DNA of 64,000 bases from a virus. Position numbers and translations under genes: made by a program. Positions within the stretch are counted from its first letter, which is position 1, and each line of letters starts with the position of its first letter. Positions 59,362-64,000 of this stretch are shown in pieces. A model generated the notes under the pieces. That model was given only the letters and a program-made list of their open reading frames with translations, ran no database searches and had not been told where the DNA came from. The stretch is from the IMG/VR virus record IMGVR_UViG_3300050013_000065, positions 1-64,000 of that record; one strand, written 5' to 3'.

Positions 59362-60376
59362 TATCTGGACGGTTTAGTTGGGTGTCTATCCAATCGGCTA
59401 TTTGGCGGTGTTCGGCGGCGGTGCCCACGTTCTTGATTCTGTTTGCTCGCCAACTGATTACCGCAACATTTCCGGGAACGTATCCGAGTTCGGGGATGAT
59501 CTTGTCTAGAGTCGGCGAACTGTCTTGCATCTTTCCAAGACCGGGCCTGATAGGTATTCCGAGAATGGGACAAATACTGGGAATGAGAAAATCCTCTTTT
59601 GTGATAGAGAACGGAAATCCACCTCTCTTTGCCCGCCCTTTCGCGCTAGCGGTAAGCCGGTACAAATGCTTTTTAACAGCCGGAGTTGTCTCAAATACAA
59701 AAGAAGAAATACCTTCGATCCAGTTGGCAATCAGCCGGTGTTCTTTAGCCGTCCCGTCAGTCTTTAAAGTATTCGCCCGGTAGCTTATTACTGCGACATT
59801 TTCCCGAATGTATCCCAACTCAGGAACAATTCTATCCAAACTTGGAGATTCATCGTGATGAACTCCGGTCCCCCGTTCTAACGGTATCCCCAGAATAGGG
59901 CACAAGCGGGGAATGACCACATCTTCCTCCACCAAAGAAAAGGGTATATTATTCTCTTTGGCGCGGTTTTTAGCGGCATAAAAAATAGAGTACGAGGGTC
60001 TCTTCCGTCGCTTATCTTTCTGTTCTTCTAGAATGCGAGGCTTATTTTCCTCGTAAAAATCTTTACTTCTCGCAATATTTTTATCTCGGTTTATGACGTG
60101 ACGAGATCGACGATATTGCTTTATTTCTTCTGAGTGGGTTTCGTTATACGCTTTTTCTGCTTTGCGAATAGAGTCTCTATTTTTTAGATTATATTCTCGA
60201 TTTTTAGCGAGTATTTCTTCTTTGTTCTCCGCGTAGTACTCTCTTCTTCTCCGGGAAAAGCAGGATTTACAGTCGTTTCGAAACCCATCTTTCTTGCTTA
60301 AGTCTTTGTAAAACTCTGTTAACGGTTTAACTTCGCCGCACTTAGAGCAGCGTTTCATCATGGCTTCTTCTGTCAT
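59333..60376 (-). CDS. His-Me finger/HNH-type endonuclease with two tandem nuclease domains
   Basis: CSKC..CKSC; two CPILGIP...SP.LD.I.PELGY...NVAVIS.RAN..K domains; start placed after the AGGA RBS. Confidence 0.87.
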   Translation of the reverse strand: MTEEAMMKRCSKCGEVKPLTEFYKDLSKKDGFRNDCKSCFSRRRREYYAENKEEILAKNREYNLKNRDSIRKAEKAYNETHSEEIKQYRRSRHVINRDKNIARSKDFYEENKPRILEEQKDKRRKRPSYSIFYAAKNRAKENNIPFSLVEEDVVIPRLCPILGIPLERGTGVHHDESPSLDRIVPELGYIRENVAVISYRANTLKTDGTAKEHRLIANWIEGISSFVFETTPAVKKHLYRLTASAKGRAKRGGFPFSITKEDFLIPSICPILGIPIRPGLGKMQDSSPTLDKIIPELGYVPGNVAVISWRANRIKNVGTAAEHRQIADWIDTQLNRPDNGQTPEASD

Positions 60377-60452
60377 TTGGCTCATCCTGAATATGAGGTA
60401 GGGCTTTGGGGACGATGATTCAGGCACCGACCCCTCTGCCGTTAGTTCGAAC
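60374..60452 (-). promoter_or_regulatory. pseudoknot leader RNA, copy 2
   Basis: stem GGGGTCGGTG/CATCGTCCCC, loop CCTGAAT complementary to ATTCAGG over the RBS. Confidence 0.6.
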
Positions 60453-60459
60453 TAAAGAT

Positions 60460-60488
60460 AGTATACCACATCCTTTACAAAAAGTCAA
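60460..60488 (-). promoter_or_regulatory. sigma70-type promoter
   Basis: TTGACT-N17-TATACT with TGn extension. Confidence 0.78.
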
Positions 60489-60496
60489 CTGTTTTC

Positions 60497-62575
60497 TTAT
60501 AGATTCCCGCCGAATCCGGAACTACCTGTGTTTGGCTGGCCTGTTAATACATCTGGCTCAACGGCTCGTTTGAATGATTCGCGCAGCACGTCACGCGCGC
60601 TCCGGGCAATATTTTCGCTGTCTGCTTGTTCGGCTTGTAGTTGTGCCTTCTGCGCCAACAGAGCCTGTTGCTGCTGGAACTTGACTTGCATTGCCCCACT
60701 TTGACTCTTCTGCTGTTGGCGTTGTAGGTCTTCTGGGGTCATATCGACGATTACATCGTTCTGGTTACGGAACTCAGAGGCTTCGAACCACATCCTACAG
60801 ATTTCGTTTACGTCTATCTTTTTACCTTCCATAGCTAGCTGTTCCACCACGGAGGGATTGGCCAAGAATTGACTTAGGAGAGGAAGACCCTGTGACATGT
60901 TTCTCCTCGTAGTCATTTTGCTCCCGGCCAATACGGCGAACTTCACCTTGGCATTGAGGACCGAAACAAGATCGCCCCCATTTTGCACGTACTCGTGTTT
61001 TAGTTCATCCGAAAGGATAAATTCCAACTGCGAATAGGGCAACATCATCTGGTTCATTTCAGAAACGTCATACAAATAAGGCACCAGCACCTGATTAGCC
61101 AGTTTATCGATACAATCGGAGATGATATTTGACGCGCCCTGTCCGAGTAGTGAAGCTCCGGCGGAGGATCGGGCGAGGTTAGAGTGCCCAGCCGACCCAG
61201 CATTTCCCTGAGAGGTAATTGGGTTAGCGCCCGACACAGAATCCACCCTCTGCTGAGACATGGCAAAGAGCTGGTTGGCTTCTTGTACTGGATCTCCGAA
61301 CTTCAGAGGTTGTAGATCGCCTTGGGCGTCCACTTCGATCATTTTGTTGGGGCCGATGCGGATGCTTTGTGTCGGGACCGACTTTCCTTTTACACGAACC
61401 ATAGGAGCGTTCAACTTCAGGTTCGCGATGTTCATCATCAGGTTTGTAATACCGGCTTGGACACGCTGTTCTGTGCCGATCAGCCGACCAAGACCGATAG
61501 ACCAGAAAGCTCCGGGCTGGTCCCACCAACCGATACTCAGGAACGGGATTTTACCGTAGGCGTTCTGTCCGTTGTAGATGACCACCTTTTTCTGGATCAC
61601 TACGATTAGGGTTTTGTTGTCCCACCGTTCGAGGACTTCCAGAGGTTGCTGGAAAGGATCGACCGTGGTAGCTTCCCACGGAGATTCCGCGCGCGCGTCC
61701 CACAAAGGATTGCGTCCGCCTTCTTGCTGGGGATTGGATTCGACGGGTTCCTTCGGGGGGAGAAACAACTCAAGCATCTTCTCGCGAGATGGAATATCGT
61801 AGCCTTCACGGTCGCGCAGCTTGTCAATATCGTCCCAGGTCATATACCGGCGGCGGACAATATATTTAGCTTTGCGGATGTCTGGGACTTCGAGACCTGG
61901 GTCCACCAGAATTTCCCGAAGATTGACTATGTGCTCAAAAGTAGGTCTGTCGATTACTTCTTCGATCTCTTCTACTTCGAGTTCGTCATCAGATATTGAG
62001 GTCTCAGGAGCGCCGGGAATAGTGCTTGGAATTTTGACAACTGGATTCTTCCGCTTGACGATCTTTCGAGTCTTGGTGTATTTTTCCCACCCTTCGGCGA
62101 AAATGGCTGTTCCGAACAGTAGACAGTTCATCAAACCAAGACGGAGTTCTTCTCGGAAGTTGATGTCTTCCAGTTGATAGCCGAGAAGGGCCGACACGGC
62201 GCGCGCACACTGCGCTGAGGTTCCGCTCCGTTCTTGAACCATAAAAGGGGGATTTTCGTAGAACAATCCGGCCAAAAGCTGGGGGTTGATGCCGTTGACC
62301 GCCGTAGCCACCGTGAAGAAATTTACCGAAGAAGCTTCAATTGAGGTACCCGGCCAGAAGTTCGGGGCATAAATCGAAGTATAGAGGTCTCGGGAAGAAA
62401 CCCAGGCCATTATCCAGCTTTTTCTCTGCTCATCGGATTCTGCCCTCTCCGTATCTTGGACTACGAGAGCAAGAGACGCGGGGTCTCCGAAAGTCCCGGT
62501 ATGCAGAAACTCTAACGCTTCGTCTTTTGTTATGTCCTGGTGCGGGTCGCGGACTGGTTCTGGAAGCTGGCTCAT
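60497..62575 (-). CDS. portal protein (P22/T7-like podovirus type)
   Basis: 692 aa; LLFGTAI, EILVDP, VLERW, YGKIPF, FWSIGLG.LI...Q, Q-rich barrel C-terminus. Confidence 0.85.
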   Translation of the reverse strand: MSQLPEPVRDPHQDITKDEALEFLHTGTFGDPASLALVVQDTERAESDEQRKSWIMAWVSSRDLYTSIYAPNFWPGTSIEASSVNFFTVATAVNGINPQLLAGLFYENPPFMVQERSGTSAQCARAVSALLGYQLEDINFREELRLGLMNCLLFGTAIFAEGWEKYTKTRKIVKRKNPVVKIPSTIPGAPETSISDDELEVEEIEEVIDRPTFEHIVNLREILVDPGLEVPDIRKAKYIVRRRYMTWDDIDKLRDREGYDIPSREKMLELFLPPKEPVESNPQQEGGRNPLWDARAESPWEATTVDPFQQPLEVLERWDNKTLIVVIQKKVVIYNGQNAYGKIPFLSIGWWDQPGAFWSIGLGRLIGTEQRVQAGITNLMMNIANLKLNAPMVRVKGKSVPTQSIRIGPNKMIEVDAQGDLQPLKFGDPVQEANQLFAMSQQRVDSVSGANPITSQGNAGSAGHSNLARSSAGASLLGQGASNIISDCIDKLANQVLVPYLYDVSEMNQMMLPYSQLEFILSDELKHEYVQNGGDLVSVLNAKVKFAVLAGSKMTTRRNMSQGLPLLSQFLANPSVVEQLAMEGKKIDVNEICRMWFEASEFRNQNDVIVDMTPEDLQRQQQKSQSGAMQVKFQQQQALLAQKAQLQAEQADSENIARSARDVLRESFKRAVEPDVLTGQPNTGSSGFGGNL

Positions 62576-62969
62576 TTATTCTCTCGTTAGGCCAAGGGCC
62601 TTTATTTTGTTAGAAACAGTGTGGTGATCAGACCTAGTCGTTTTCCGATTTCTCGTAACGATATTGATACCGTTCAATGCGCCGATGATTGCCATGCGAC
62701 CCCTTAGATTGAAACCTTATTGAGTACCGCCGCTGGCAGTCCGGAAAGCAACACACGGGCTGTCTGAACTCCCAACTCATAGCCGGACTTGAAGTCCTCG
62801 GAGGCATTAGGTACGGCGGAATGCAGCTCTTTCCGCTGATCCGGCAAAACCCACGCCTCCGCGCTGAAAGCTGTAGGCGATTGCAATTGGTCAATCGCCG
62901 CTTCGATCATCATCGCCGCTGGTACAATCATTTCTCGCCTCCCTGGAGCCTCGCCGGGCGTACAAATCC

Positions 62970-63450
62970 CTAACTGCACCCCGTGATAGTAACCGACCCA
63001 GTCCCACTTATCGTGATTTTTCCTGTAGTGCCTACTGTGATGGTGCAGGAACTGGAAGGTGTGGTGATCGTGTACAGCGCCGAGCTAACCGCACTGTTGG
63101 TGTATCCGGATTTCACTGCCAGCGCCTTGACGGTCGTGGTCGTCACAATCGAGAACGGCGCAGCATAGAGAGTCGAAGAGGTCGTGGGATTGGTGCCATT
63201 TGTAGTGTAGTAAATCGCCGCGCCGCTGGTGCTGCTGGCGAGGGCTACTGACTGAGCTACGGTGTACGTACCTGCCACGGGACTGAACGTGGGAGTTGCG
63301 GCGGTTGGAGGCGTGGTGGTGATGGTGTACGCGGCGGAGCCAACTGTCGAGTTGGTGTATCCGGACTCGGTTGCGATCGCATAGAGCGTTTGCGTTGATG
63401 CCACGGTCACCGCACCCGTCGCCTGAGTCGCGCCGGTGCAGGAGGCACCA
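62970..63450 (-). pseudogene. 5'-truncated gene with chitobiase/beta-hexosaminidase C-terminal (Fn3-associated) repeats
   Basis: ATPTFSP.AGTY..AQSV.L...GAAIYYTTNGT.PT..S.LY; frame begins mid-repeat just after a TAA, with no RBS. Confidence 0.6.
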
Positions 63451-63534
63451 TGTTTTTATTCCAAGCACCGCAGTGCCATCATTATCGTTGCCTGACTCCC
63501 ACCTGACGATTAGGCACCGTTCAGATGTATTCAG

Positions 63535-64000
63535 CTACGGCCTTGGCTTCAGCGAGTAGACGATCACCGCATTCCCCGGTGCTCCGCCTAAAGTGCTGGT
63601 CAGCGTGACGGTACCGGAACAGGTGGCAGTGCCACTCGTGCATGTGGCCGTAGTGGGTGCGGCTGTGCAGCTTTGCCCTCGCGAGGTGATTGTGATCGCT
63701 CCGGCCACTCCGCTTGTGACTGCCATTGTTGCCGTAGCTGTGCAGGCAGCATTGAAAGTCCCCAGTGATACGTTTCCTGTCCCGCTAAGCGGGAGGCTGC
63801 TCACATACGTTGCTGTTGCCACGCCTGTGGCTATAAATCCTATCTCAGGCTGTAAGTTTTTCGTTGTCGTTGAACTGACAGTTATCGGTGAATATGTATT
63901 TTCTGCGGCTACCAGGGATGCGCTGGAAAAGTTCCCCGACATAAACTCCGATACGCTAAGGACGGATGGAGAGAGAGCGACAATGTTGTAATTGATTTCT
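63535..64000 (-). CDS. C-terminal part of a T/S/G-rich virion fibre-like protein (runs off the window)
   Basis: ATATMAVTSG..AITITSRGQ.CT.APT repeat-like segment. Confidence 0.5.
   Translation of the reverse strand, partial: EINYNIVALSPSVLSVSEFMSGNFSSASLVAAENTYSPITVSSTTTKNLQPEIGFIATGVATATYVSSLPLSGTGNVSLGTFNAACTATATMAVTSGVAGAITITSRGQSCTAAPTTATCTSGTATCSGTVTLTSTLGGAPGNAVIVYSLKPRP

Larger units (their letters stand above)
657..59370. repeat. dispersed 15-bp quasi-palindrome GTCCAGATAATGGAC (about 39 copies)
   Basis: exact copies start at 657, 3019, 5590, 6843, 15304, 19334, 20144, 21828, 23010, 23495, 28384, 30820, 44457, 50573, 51863, 52169, 52515, 59356; about 21 near-matches. Confidence 0.95.

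Noticed and set aside
657-59370. CRISPR array interpretation of the 15-bp repeat
   Set aside because: Copies are dispersed, irregularly spaced, in both orientations and often inside genes; there is no spacer periodicity or cas operon.
1-64000. Stop-codon reassignment as the cause of fragmented genes
   Set aside because: Long genes read normally in the standard code; the fragmentation is explained by introns and one split gene.

Overview
This is part of a tailed dsDNA phage genome with two opposed blocks. The + strand block (1-24.7 kb) holds replication, recombination and nucleotide genes: SSB, a split UvrD helicase, a PD-(D/E)xK nuclease, a replication-initiator-like gene, primase-helicase, sliding clamp, a sigma factor, a phosphoesterase/NDT/dNTP-diphosphohydrolase cluster and many homing endonucleases. 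The - strand block (24.5-64 kb) is podovirus-like morphogenesis: portal, scaffold, major capsid, adaptors, tail and spike proteins, and ejection proteins. Main result, worked out by hand: the N4-gp56-type major capsid gene (56494 to 51822) is absent from the ORF track because SEVEN group I introns split it into 8 exons. Three introns carry LAGLIDADG ORFs with internal sigma70-type promoters and four are ORF-less ribozymes of about 200 nt. Splicing at the P1 U.G and terminal-nucleotide boundaries restores an open 327-aa frame. One intron appears to end in A instead of G, and one has its endonuclease ORF threaded through the catalytic core. Second result: a 15-bp quasi-palindrome GTCCAGATAATGGAC occurs about 39 times (18 exact) in both orientations, at gene junctions, inside coding frames, and as hairpins in 6 of the 7 introns. 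Also seen: a twice-occurring covarying RBS-sequestering pseudoknot leader, anti-SD hairpins, a tRNA-like element and a 434-bp tandem duplication. All family calls come from motif recognition by eye, and no searches were run.
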